This document shows positions 34,562-45,639 of a stretch of 64,000 nt of DNA, piece after piece. The stretch is from positions 1 to 64,000 of the forward strand of contig NIVC01002435.1 in the NCBI GenBank assembly GCA_002269645.1. The letters run 5' to 3'. A model generated the notes under the pieces. That model saw only the letters and a program-made list of their open reading frames with translations. It was not told the origin of the DNA and ran no database searches. Each line of letters begins with the position of its first letter. Within the stretch, counting starts at the first letter, position 1. This DNA comes from Macrostomum lignano (lineage: Eukaryota). A program made the position numbers and the translations under genes.

Positions 34562-37500
34562 AGTAGTAGTAGTAGTGGTAGTAGTAGTTGTAGTAGCAGT
34601 AGTAGTAGTAGCAGTAGTAGTTGTAGCAGTAGTAGTAGTAGTAGTAGTAGTAGCAGTAGTGGTAGTAGTAGCAGTAGTGGTAGTAGTAGCAGTAGTAGTA
34701 GTAGTAGTAGTAGCAGTAGTAGCAGTAGTAGAAGTAGTATTAGTAGTAGTATTAGTGGTAGTAGTAGCAGTAGTAGCAGTAGTAGAAGTAGTATTAGTAG
34801 TAGTATTAGTGGTAGTAGTAGTTGTAGTAGTGTTATAATGTATCACTTATTTATGATGTAATCTAGCTCAGGTCTCTCTAATAATTTTATCCGTAATTAA
34901 TTGTCCCCTTCAATTTTAACTCCAAGTCCCACCTGCGGCTTTGTTACAGCCATTCAAAACCGTGGAAGGCGTGGAGCTCCTCGACGCACCACCCTGCGTG
35001 TCGATGCCCTTCAGCACCAAGGTGAGTCCAACTGAGGCCATTATTCATGGCCTCTGCTTCTGTGTCGATCGCACTTTTACAAGCTAGTAGAATTTGTGCC
35101 AAACCCTTGCAGCACTGCCCTGTGGTGTGGAGCACCGTTGACGCCGTGCTCATTTCCAGCTACCACGCCATCCTGGGCATCCCCTACCTGACCGGCTGCA
35201 CCGATTTTGCTGGCAGAATTTTTGCCACCGAGCCGTCTATCGAGTTTGGCAGGTGATTTTGCTTCTGCTGTCAATTCGTGACCCGTGTCTGAGGTGTTCT
35301 CAAGTCTGCACTTAGTTATTGCTCTGCTTGTTAACTTGTTTTTATAGGCAGATTCTGGAGGATTTGGCCAACTCGGTGGACCAGCTGCCTCACTGCGGCA
35401 AATTGGAGGACGTGGTGAAGCGACTCAGGTAGGCTATGAGCATATTTCTAATCGGATATGAGGCTTTAGAGCAATTGGCATTTTAACTGACTGCCAGTGA
35501 GATGGTATACCGACAGGCAGATATTGACATGGCTTGGCTACTGATACGGCTGACAGACATGTTGGCAGCTACTGACAAAGGAACTGAGAGCTTACTGTAA
35601 CTGTCAGAACCCATCTGACACAGAATAGTATCTGTCAGAACCCATCTGACCAGAAGAGTATCTGTCAGAACCCATCTGACACAGAAGAGTATCTGTCAGA
35701 ACCCATCTGACACAGAAGAGTATCTGTCAGAACCCATCTGACACAGAAGAGTATCTGTCAGAACCCATCTGACACAGAAGAGTATCTGTCAGAAGCCATC
35801 TGACACAGAAGAGTATCTGTCAGAACCCATCTGACACAGAAGAGTATCTGTCAGAAGCCATCTGACACAGAAGAGTATCTGTCAGAACCCATCTGACACA
35901 GAAGAGTATCTGTCAGAACCCATCTGACGCAGAAGAGTATCTGTCAGAACCCATCTGACACAGAGGAGTATCTGTCAGAACCCATCTGACACAGAAGAGT
36001 ATCTGTCAGAACCCATCTGACGCAGAAGAGTATCTGTCAGAACCCATCTGACACAGAATAGTATCTGTCAGAACCCATCTGACACAGAAGAGTATCTGTC
36101 AGAACCCATCTGACACAGAAGAGTATCTGTCAGAACCCATCTGACACAGAAGAGTATCTGTCAGAACCCATCTGACACAGAAGAGTATCTGTCAGAACCC
36201 ATCTGACACAGAAGAGTATCTGTCAGAACCCATCTGACACAGAAGAGTATCTGTCAGAACCCATCTGACACAGAAGAGTATCTGTCAGAACCCATCTGAC
36301 ACAGAAGAGTACATGTATCTGTCAGAACCCATCGCCCCATCCTCCCTAGAGAGGCGGGCCACCCGCTGGCGGACCAGGCCGAGAACTGGATGCCGGTGTT
36401 CACGGCAGCTCAGGTGCAGTCAGCATTCGACAGCGTCCAGCGAGTATCGTTCAACCAGCGAGTCCAGCTGCTCAACGACCTGCTGCTCACCCCAGTCAGC
36501 TCGGGCTTCTGCATCGGCGGCTGCAACTGGCTGATCGAGAGCGACTTCCACAGAATGGCCTACATGTCCGCCTCTTCGCAGTGGACCTGCCACCCCCTGC
36601 CCATGAGCTGGCAGGCTCTGGTCGGCTGCGACCTGCTGCTGTTTAACGGGGCGTGCCTGCTGCCGGGCCAGACTCCCGACCGATCAGTGGAGGACATCTG
36701 CTCAGCTCTAGTGACCGTGCTCAGCCAGGTGAGTCCTGCTTTTGGCTGTGATGCTGAAATTGGCTGCTCAGACTGATTGGGGCTGCTCATTGACTGATTG
36801 GGGCTGCTCATGAATGATTGAGGCTGCCATGACTGATTGGGGCTGCTCATTGACTGATTGGGGCTGCTCATGAATGATTGAGGCTGCTCAGACTGATTGG
36901 GGCTGCTCATTGACTGATTGGGGCTGCTCATGAATGATTGAGGCTGCCATGACTGATTGGGGCTGCTCATTGACTGATTGGGGCTGCTCATGACTGATTG
37001 GGGCTGCTCATGACTGATTGGGGCTGCTCATTGACTGATTGGGGCTGCTCATGAATGATTGAGGCTGCCATGACTGATTGGGGCTGCTCATGACTGATTG
37101 GGGCTGCTCATGACTGATTGGGGCTGCTCATGACTGATTGGGGCTGCTCATGACTGATTGGGGCTGCTCATGACTGATTGGGGCTGCTCATGACTGTTTG
37201 GGGCTGCTCATGACTGATTGGGGCTGCTTATGACTGATTGGGGCTGCTTATGACTGATTGGGGCTGCTCATGACTGATTGGGGCTGCTCATGACTGATTG
37301 GGGCTGCTCATGACTGATTGGGGCTACTCATGAATGATTGGGGCTGGAACTGACTGCTCATGATGCTTAGGCCCCTCACCCTAAATACTAACTGTCGCAT
37401 CCCCATCCCGCTCGCGTCGGCACTGCAGGGCGGCAGCGCTCTGTTTCCCTGCCGGCCGTGCGGCGTGCTGTTCGACCTGCTGGAGTCCATCTCCAACCAC

Positions 37501-40500
37501 CTGGACGCCAAGGGCATGCGCCGCTACCCCATGTACCTGGTCTCTGCCCGGGCCAAGAACAGCCTCAGCTTTGCGGACATCTGCGGCGAGTGGCTGTCAG
37601 CTGAGCGGCAGAAGCGGCTGTACACGGCTGATGTGCCGTTCGGGCACGCCGAAGTGAGACCCGCTTAGGGGCTGGCCTCTCTTCCGTTGCCTAATTAGGT
37701 CTATCTCTCCCAGTCTCCTCTCTTCCCCATCCCTTCCAATCTTATATTTTCCCATGCCTTCCAGTCCCCTCTCTTCCCCATCTCCTCCAGTCTCCTCTCT
37801 TACCCATCTCTTCCCATCTTTCAGTTCCCCTTTCACCTTATCTATCAAAATTTTTGCCCTCTACATCACCCAGTAAGTCTCTATGGACCTTAATATTTTA
37901 TTCTCTACTCTCCTTCCCAGTCTCTAATGTTTTCCCATCCCTCTTGTTTTTACTTTATGTCTGCCTCGTGACTCACGCCTTTGCCCCACCTCCCCCCTCA
38001 CCCAGATGCTTCAGCAGAACCAGCTCCAGCAGTTTTCCAGCCTGGGCAGCGACTTCGGCCGGCAGTGCAGCCAGCCCTGCATCGTGTTCGCCACCGACCC
38101 CTGCCTGCGCCTTGGCGAGGCCGTTCACCTGGCCGCCGCCTGGGGCCGCGACCGGCCCAACGCCCTGTTCCTCACCGATCCGCAGTTCGCCGACGTGCAG
38201 ACCCTGGCGCCGTTCCAGCCGCTGGCGATGCCCGTGAGGATTCCCTGACTACAGCTGCTTAATGTACAGTGTGTGCCCTCTGCCCCGCACTGTGCACTGC
38301 ATACTATCACTTATCCCCAGTTTTATCGCAGTTTTATATCAGGGCCCGAGTGCCGAAAAATACCCTGGCTTACACTGTATATCCTCAGATGTCAGGGTCC
38401 CAGTGCCCCAATACCCTGGCTTATTCCTCAGATTTCGGGGTCCCAGTGCCCCAATGCCCTGGCTTATACCCTCAGATGTCAGGCCCCAGTGCCCCAATAC
38501 CCTGGCGTATATCCTCAGATTTCGGGGTCCCAGTGCCCCAATGCCCTGGCTTATACCCTCAGATGTCAGGGTCCCAGTGCCCCAATGCCCTGGCTTATAC
38601 CCTCAGATGTCAGGGTCCCAGTGCCCCAATACCCTGGCTTATACCCTCAGATGTCAGGGTCCCAGTGCCCCAATGCCCTGGCTTATACCCTCAGATGTCA
38701 GGGTCCCAGTGCCCCAATACCCTGGCTTATACCCTCAGATGTCAGGGTCCCAGTGCCCCAATGCCCTGGCTTATATCCTCAGATGTCAGGGTCCCAGTGC
38801 CCCAATACCCTGGCTTATACCCTCAGATGTCAGGGTCCCAGTGCCCCAATGCCCTGGCTTATATCCTCAGATGTCAGGGTCCCAGTGCCCCAATACCCTG
38901 GCTTATTCCTCAGATGTCAGGGTCCCAGTGCCCGAATGCCCTGGCTTATATCCTCAGATGTCAGGCCCCAGTGCCCCAATACCCTGGCTTATATCCTCAG
39001 ATGTCAGGCCCCAGTGCCCCAATACCCTGGCTTATATCCTCAGATGTCAGGGTCCCAGTGCCCCAATACCCTGGCTTATACCCTCAGATGTCAGGGTCCC
39101 AGTGCCCCAATGCCCTGGCTTATACCCTCAGATGTCAGGGTCCCAGTGCCCCAATGCCCTGGCTTATACCCTCAGATGTCAGGGTCCCAGTGCCCCAATA
39201 CCCTGGCTTATATCCTCAGATGTCAGGGTCCCAGTGCCCCAATGCCCTGGCTTATATCCTCAGATTTCAGGGTCCCAGTGCCTCAATGCCCTGGCTTATA
39301 CCCTCAGATGTCAGGGTCCCAGTGCCCCAATGCCCTGGCTTATACCCTCAGATGTCAGGGTCCCAGTGCCCCAATACCCTGGCTTATATCCTCAGATGCT
39401 AATGCATCGCTAATTAGGAAGCTCCCTGTGCCCCTGACTTATATCCTCAGACGTTCACAGACCCTGGAGGTCATGCATCGCACAGAAATCCCCGGGGTCA
39501 ATTTTCGGTCACGAGGCTAAGCCCCAAATTCAGGATCGTGTACTGGCCGTTTTGAACTGCAGGTTCACCGCTTCACTATGGACATGCGGATGCAGCCGTC
39601 TCAGGCTGCTGATGTGCTCAGCCTGCTCAGGTGCGGTCGCCTGGTGATGCCGGAGGCCTATCGCCGCCTCGACTGCCATGGCGGCTGTCCCGTGAGCTAC
39701 TCGCAGTACCTGTCAGTCATGCAGTTCCCTCTGGATTCGTCCGACCAGCTACTGGAGCTGAGCCCCGCTCTGGCCAGGACTGTCCGGCCTGTCCGGGTCG
39801 GAGACAGGCAGCTCGCACTGCTGGTATGTTGAGATACTGATTGTGACACTGGTTGTGGCACTGGTTGTGGCACTGGTTGTGGCACTAACTGTTGCACTGA
39901 CTATGACACTGGTTGTGATACTGACTGTGGCACTGGTTGTGGCACTGGTTGTGGCACTGGTTGTGGCACTGGTTGTGGCACTGGTTGTGGCACTGGTTGT
40001 GGCACTGGTTGTGGCACTGGTTGTGGTACTGACTGTGACACTGGTTGTGGCACTGGTTGTGGCACTGGTTGTGGCACTGGTTGTGGCACTGGTTGTGGTA
40101 CTGACTGTGGCACTGGTTGTGGCACTGGTTGTGGCACTGGTTGTGGCACTGGTTGTGGCACTGGTTGTGGCACTGGTTGTGGCACTGGTTGTGGCACTGT
40201 GGTCCATTAACTGTGGTACTTATTGTGGCACTGGTTGCGGCACTGATTGTAACTTTCCTCCTGCTGCTAGGAGGGCGAGGTGACCATGGGTCGCAGCGGT
40301 CGGCGCCGTCTGGAGCCGCTCTCCGAGGCGGCCAAGTCGTCCGGCTCCACCGGCGGGGCTGTCGGCTTCGGCAGCGGCAGCGAGCTGAAGCCCCTGCTGG
40401 CCGCGGTGGAGAGCTCCCAGACGGCCAAGCCGCTGCTGACTGGCCAGCTGCGGCCGGAGGAGCTGGTGCGCCAGCTGCGCGCCAGGAACTTCCCCAGCGC

Positions 40501-40666
40501 CAAGCACGAGCTGGCAGAGGACGGCTCCTGGAGCATCTTCCTGGAGGTCGGGCACCAGGAGGCGCTGATCACGGGGTCGGCCGTGGCCACGCATGTCTAC
40601 TGCGATGACGAGAAAATCCGGCTGGTTGTGCGCGAGTCGCTGCTGGCCTGTCTGGTGCTGGTTTGA
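33460..40666 (+). CDS. INTS9: Integrator complex subunit 9; exons 33460-33666, 34950-35021, 35113-35252, 35348-35428, 36350-36728, 37429-37653, 38006-38233, 39563-39823, 40271-40666; short ATG exon not located
   Basis: LSPNPANPVYLVEF..RLLLDCPLD; STVDAVLISSYHAILGIPYL...FATEPSIEFGR; TPVSSGFCIGGCNWLIES; GGSALFPCRPCGVLFDLLE; PFGHAE; QPCIVFATDPCLRLGE; LAPFQPLAMP; THVYCDDEKIR. All are collinear with INTS9 and splice phases are consistent. Confidence 0.95.
33825..34832. repeat. ~1-kb (TAG)n microsatellite with CAG/TGG/TTG variants and internal higher-order duplications
   Basis: Direct reading. The block aagtagtagtagtagtggtagtagtagttgtagtagcag recurs at ~33950, ~34426 and ~34561. Confidence 0.98.
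35598..36332. repeat. 31-bp minisatellite, ~23 units, INTS9 intron
   Basis: Unit atctgtcagaacccatctgacacagaagagt. Confidence 0.98.
36770..37345. repeat. 20/21-bp minisatellite, ~28 units, INTS9 intron
   Basis: Unit tgactgattggggctgctca(t). Confidence 0.97.
38340..39400. repeat. 44-bp minisatellite, ~24 units, INTS9 intron; same family as 24077-24473
   Basis: Unit cagatgtcagggtcccagtgccccaat(a/g)ccctggcttata(c/t)cct. The 44-aa period in the translated ORFs fits a 44-bp unit. Confidence 0.98.
39838..40245. repeat. 12-bp minisatellite (ACTGGTTGTGGC)n, INTS9 last intron
   Basis: Direct tandem periodicity. Confidence 0.97.
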
Positions 40667-40821
40667 CACTACTGATAGTAGCTTGAATTTGGCGGCGCTA
40701 GAAATTAAACAAGTGCATTTGTTAATTTGAAATATATTTGTCAGATATGCATTACTGATATGTATTATTGTTTCTTATTTATTGCTTGTAAAGGTATTTT
40801 TATATGTTGTAATTAGTGGAA

Positions 40822-41617
40822 ATAGATAAATAAGACAGCGGCACTGTGCAGTCATCAGTGTACATAGATAGATAAGACAGCGGCACTGTGCAGTCATCAG
40901 TGTACATAGATAGATAAGACAGCGGCACTGTGCAGTCATCAGTGTACATAGATAGAAAAGACAGCGGCACTGTGCAGTCATCAGTGTACATAGATAGATA
41001 AGACAGCGGCACTGTGCAGTCATCAGTGTACATAGATAGATAAGACAGCGGCACTGTGCAGTCATCAGTGTACATAGATAGATAAGACAGCGGCACTGTG
41101 CAGTCATCAGTGTACATAGATAGAAAAGACAGCGGCACTGTGCAGTCATCAGTGTACATAGATAAGACAGCGGCACTGTGCAGTCATCAGTGTACATAGA
41201 TAGAAAAGACAGCGGCACTGTGCAGTCATCAGTGTACATAGATAGATAAGACAGCGGCACTGTGCAGTCATCAGTGTACATAGATAGATAAGACAGCGGC
41301 ACTGTGCAGTCATCAGTGTACATAGATAGATAAGACAGCGGCACTGTGCAGTCATCAGTGTACATAGATAGATAAGACAGCGGCACTGTGCAGTCATCAG
41401 TGTACATAGATAGATAAGACAGCGGCACTGTGCAGTCATCAGTGTACATAGATAGATAAGACAGCGGCACTGTGCAGTCATCAGTGTACATAGATAGATA
41501 AGACAGCGGCACTGTGCAGTCATCAGTGTACATAGATAGATAAGACAGCGGCACTGTGCAGTCATCAGTGTACATAGATAGATAAGACAGCGGCATTGTG
41601 CAGTCATCAGTGTACAT
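40822..41617. repeat. 42-bp minisatellite, ~19 units, filling the INTS9-SNX4 spacer
   Basis: Unit agacagcggcactgtgcagtcatcagtgtacatagatagata; 14-aa period in ORFs. Confidence 0.98.
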
Positions 41618-41676
41618 ACAGGTCGATAGTTGGGTCAGCATTAATTTTACAAGCCTGGAACTTCCACAACCGCAGC

Positions 41677-44600
41677 ATGGCTGAGCCGGCAGCTCCCGAA
41701 GATCCGCAGCAGCAGCTGCAGGCCCAGTCTGAGCAGCAGCAGCCGGTGCAGTTGTCGCTGCCGAAGCCCAGCGGCCGCTACCTTCGAGTCCGAATCGCTG
41801 ACCAATAGCGCTCGCCTGACGACCGAGTCGCCTACGTGGTGGAGACGCGCGTGCTCGACCAGGAGGCGACGCCGCAGGAGCTGCGCGACCTGCTGGGCAG
41901 CCACGCCCTGCAGACGTGCCGCTACTACTCGGACTTCGATCTGCTGCGCGGCTTCCTGGAGCTGAAATATCCCGACTGCCTGATCCCGCCGCTGCCGGAC
42001 AAGCTTTCCTCCTACGCGCCCTGGAAGATTGCGGGACAGAAGTTTGACCAGGTCTGCTGACTCTGCTGGTTTGCATTCTTGTCCCTAATCCACCTTTCAG
42101 AATCTCTGATAATCCGCCTTTCAGAATCTCCGATAATCCACCTTTGAGAATCTCCGATAATCCACCTTTGAGAATCTCTGATAATCCACCTTTGAGAATC
42201 TCTGATAATCCACCTTTGACATTATTCGCCAGGCTCAAACAGCGCAGTCCATTCAAGCCAACCCCATCTTCCGTCCCGCAGGACTTCCTCGACAACCGCC
42301 GCTTCGGCCTGGAGCTGTTCATCAACCGGGTGCTGTGCCATCGCCGCCTGAGCTTGTGCCAGCAGGTGGTGTCCTTCCTTCGTCACGACTCTGAATGGCG
42401 CCTGCGCGTCTTCACGCCGGCCATTGGCCAGCAGCTGGACGCCGCAATTTCCGCGCGAAGCGCCGCATTTCGCTTGCGCTCGCCGCTGCCCGCCGTAGCG
42501 ACGATGCGGACCAACGCGGCCGCGGTTCGGGCGGCTGTTCAGGTGAACCTGTGGGACATCTGGGGGCTTATCAGTGAGCTGACTGGCTTATCAGTGAGCT
42601 GACTGGCTTATCAGTGAGCTGACTGGCTTATCAGTGAGCTGACTGGCTTATCAGTGAGCTGACTGGCTTATCAGTGAGCTGACTGGCTTATCAGTGAGCT
42701 GACTGGCTTATCAGTGAGCTGACTGGCTTATCAGAGAGCTGACTGGCTTATCAGTGAGCTGACTGGCTTATCAGTGAGCTGACTGGCTTATCAGTGAGCT
42801 GACTGGCTTATCAGTGAGCTGACTGGCTTATCAGTGAGCTGACTGGCTTATCAGTGAGCTGACTGGCTTATCAGTGAGCTGACTGGCTTATCAGAGAGCT
42901 GACTGGCTTATCAGTGAGCTGACTGGCTTATCAGTGAGCTGACTGGCTTATCAGTGAGCTGACTGGCTTATCAGTGAGCTGACTGGCTTATCAGTGAGCT
43001 GACTGGCTTATCAGAGAGCTGACTGGCTTATCAGTGAGCTGACTGGCTTATCAGAGAGCTGACTGGCTTATCAGTGAGCTGACTGGCTTATCAGAGAGCT
43101 GACTGGCTTATCAGTGAGCTGACTGGCTTATCAGTGGAGGATCAGGATCAATCAAGCAGGCTTAGCTCAGAGCCAAAGTCCCCATCCCGCATGCCCTCAG
43201 GCGGTGGCCAAGGCCTACGAGCAGCTGGTGGCCCGGCACTACCGCATTCACCGGCTCCATTCAACCCTCGGCGGCATCCTCAGCGACTGGTGCGGCCTGG
43301 AGGAGGACCCGGCATTTGCTGACGCCCTGCAGACGGCCGGCCACTACATGGACGTCTATGCTAGCGGAGCCGATTCCGCGGTTGGCGAAGACGACGAGCT
43401 GCTGAATCGGCTGCGCGAGGCCGCCGGCTTCTGCGACTCCGTGGCTGGCCTCTGCCGGCGCCTGGAGCTCAAGGTGAGCCGCTGCTGGTCTTCTTATTAG
43501 CTTTTATGTGGTTGAACTGGCATGGGGATTCCGCCTGAAAAATTGCCCAAGAATCGCCACTCCAAAACCAGATGAGAATTCTCCTGTCCCACCAGATGAG
43601 AATTCTCCTGTCCCACCAGATGAGAATTCCCTTGCCCACCCAGGTCAGAATTCCCCTGCCTACCCAGATAGGAATGTCCCCTGCTAACTCAGGTGAGAAT
43701 TTCCCTGCCCATCCTGGTGAGAATTTCCCTGCCCATCCTGGTGAGAATTTCCCTGCCCATCCTGGTGATAATTCCCCTGCCCATCCTGGTGAGAATTTCC
43801 CTGCCCATCCTGGTGAGAATTTCCCTGCCCATCCTGGTGATAATTCCCCTGCCCATCCTGGTGAGAATTTCCCTGCCCATCCTGGTGAGAATTTCCCTGC
43901 CCATCCTGGTGAGAATTTCCCTGCCCATCCTGGTGAGAATTTCCCTGCCCAGCCTGGTAAGAATTCCCCTGCCCACCCAGGTGAGAATTCCCCTGCCCAC
44001 CCAGGTGAGAATTCCCCTGCCCACCCAGGTGAGAATTCCCCTGCCCACCCAGGTGAGAATTCTCCTGCCCACCCAGGTGAGAATTCCCCTGCCCACCCAG
44101 GTGAGAATTCCCCTGCCCACCCAGGTGAGAATTCCCCTGCCCACCCAGGTGAGAATTCTCCTGCCCACCCAGGTGAGAATTCCCCTGCCCACCCAGGTGA
44201 GAATTCCCCTGCCAACTCAGGTGAGAATTCCCCTGCCAACTCAAGTGAGAATTCCCCTGCCAACTCAGGTGAGAATTCTCCTGCCAACTCAGGTGAGAAT
44301 TCCCCTGCCCATCCTGGTGAGAATTTCCCTGCCCACCCTGGTAAGAATTCCCCTGCCCACCCAGGTGAGAATTCCCCTGCCCACCCAGGTGAGAATTCCC
44401 CTGCCAACTCAGGTGAGAATTCTCCTGCCAACTCAGGTGAGAATTCCCCTGCCAACTCAGGTGAGAATTCCCCTGCCAACTCAGGTGAGAATTCCCCTGC
44501 CCATCCTGGTGAGAATTTCCCTGCCCACCCTGGTAAGAATTCCCCTGCCCACCCAGGTGAGAATCGTCTTCCCCAACTTATAGCACGATGTAAGTGAACA

Positions 44601-45639
44601 GTGACTTTTACAATTTAATCTATTTTTAGCGCGGGGCTACACGGGTTGTAGCCTAGTGGTTAGAGCGCCGGAGTCACGACTTGAAGGTCGAGAGTTCGTT
44701 TCCTCACCCACTTGTCATGCCGCAGCCTTGTACTCACTTGTTGTTGTTAAATGGGGTGCCTAGCAGTGCGGGGTGCTCGCTCACTGTACTCACTTATTGT
44801 ACTCTGCACCCCCCGGCTTACCCCTCCCCTGTTATGCCTTTTATGGCAACGTGGCCGCATATGATTGGTTGAGGCCTGAAGGCCCAAATAGATATAGGCG
44901 CTCTCGCCCTACTTGGAGGGCCAAGCGTTTTCGCACTGCCAAAATCGATACTGACTCCTGAGTCATTATACCACTTGGAACAATTTGAGTCCTTAAGCAA
45001 GACACTTGTAACTCTGCATGGCTTCAGTTCACCCAGCTGTAAAATGGGTGCCAGCATTAGCTGGGGTAATTGAGGGTGTGTGTGGCGACCCCCCAGTCCT
45101 TGACTGAACAGCCGTACGCAGCCTTCAGATGCGCCGCGCAATAGCTGCGGCTGAGCTGTCGGTTGCACAACTGTCCATTTGGGCAGGTGTGATCAATGAT
45201 TATTATCGTGCTATCAACAGTAGTCTGTATCGCAGGCATATTCTGCATTTGTTTATCGCAGGTTCTCAAAGCCGAGCAGCTGGAAGACGCCATCGCGGCC
45301 AAGCGGGACGAGAAGCGCCGGGTGGAGACGGACAGCTACGGCTTGTCACTGCGCGGCCTCCGCACGCGCCTGTTTGGCGCCCAGGACGCGGAGCAGAAGC
45401 GAGCGGCCCTGTATCAGCTGGAGACGGACATCTCCCAGCTGGAGGCCGGCCTGGCCACCGCCCGCCGGAGCCTGGACGCCGGCAGCGCCTCCGTGGACTC
45501 GGAGATGGCCGACTTTCAGGCGCAGCGCCGCGTTGACCTCGGCCGCCTGGTGGCGCTGCTGTGCGAAATGCGCGCCGAGAAGCTGCACCGCGCCTGCCGC
45601 ATCTGGGCGCACAGCCGGGACACGTTTGCCCGCGTGTGA
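41677..45639 (+). CDS. SNX4: Sorting nexin 4 (PX-BAR); exons 41677-42051, 42282-42542, 43201-43473, 45262-45639; in-frame TAG at 41806-41808
   Basis: PX: AYVVETR...RYYSDFDLLRGFL...PDCLIPPLPDK...DFLDNRRFGLELFINR. BAR: LQTAGHYMDVYAS and LRGLRTRLFG. Splice sites are phase 0 GT-AG. Confidence 0.92.
42090..42220. repeat. 24-bp minisatellite, ~5 units, SNX4 intron 1
   Basis: Unit aatccacctttgagaatctctgat. Confidence 0.9.
42567..43135. repeat. 20-bp minisatellite, ~28 units, SNX4 intron 2
   Basis: Unit ggcttatcag(t/a)gagctgact. Confidence 0.98.
43570..44562. repeat. 24-bp minisatellite, ~41 units, SNX4 intron 3
   Basis: Unit ggtgagaattcccctgcccaccca and variants. Confidence 0.98.
44642..45200 (+). 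mobile_element. Second CORE-SINE copy interrupted by a ~256-bp insertion, in SNX4 intron 3
   Basis: tRNA head tgtagcctagtggttagagcg...gagttcgtttc. The body resumes at ~44971 (ccacttggaacaatttgagtcc...agctgtaaaatgggtgccagc) and matches 7542-7835 through to the ATT tail. Confidence 0.8.

Noticed and set aside
33467-34861. Poly-Thr/Tyr/Leu/Val/Ser ORFs
   Set aside because: Translations of the (TAG)n microsatellite.
35598-36332. CRISPR-like array (31-bp palindromic repeat)
   Set aside because: Units are directly adjacent with no unique spacers, there are no cas genes, and the context is a eukaryotic intron. The same applies to the other arrays.
38262-39520. 377-415 aa ORFs
   Set aside because: Translations of the intronic 44-bp array. 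INTS9 splices across it.
40775-42325. 516-aa minus-strand ORF
   Set aside because: A composite of the antisense SNX4 exon 1 and two tandem arrays.
43469-44597. GENSPAHP/AGEFSPGW repeat proteins of ~340 aa
   Set aside because: Intronic 24-bp array between SNX4 exons 3 and 4.
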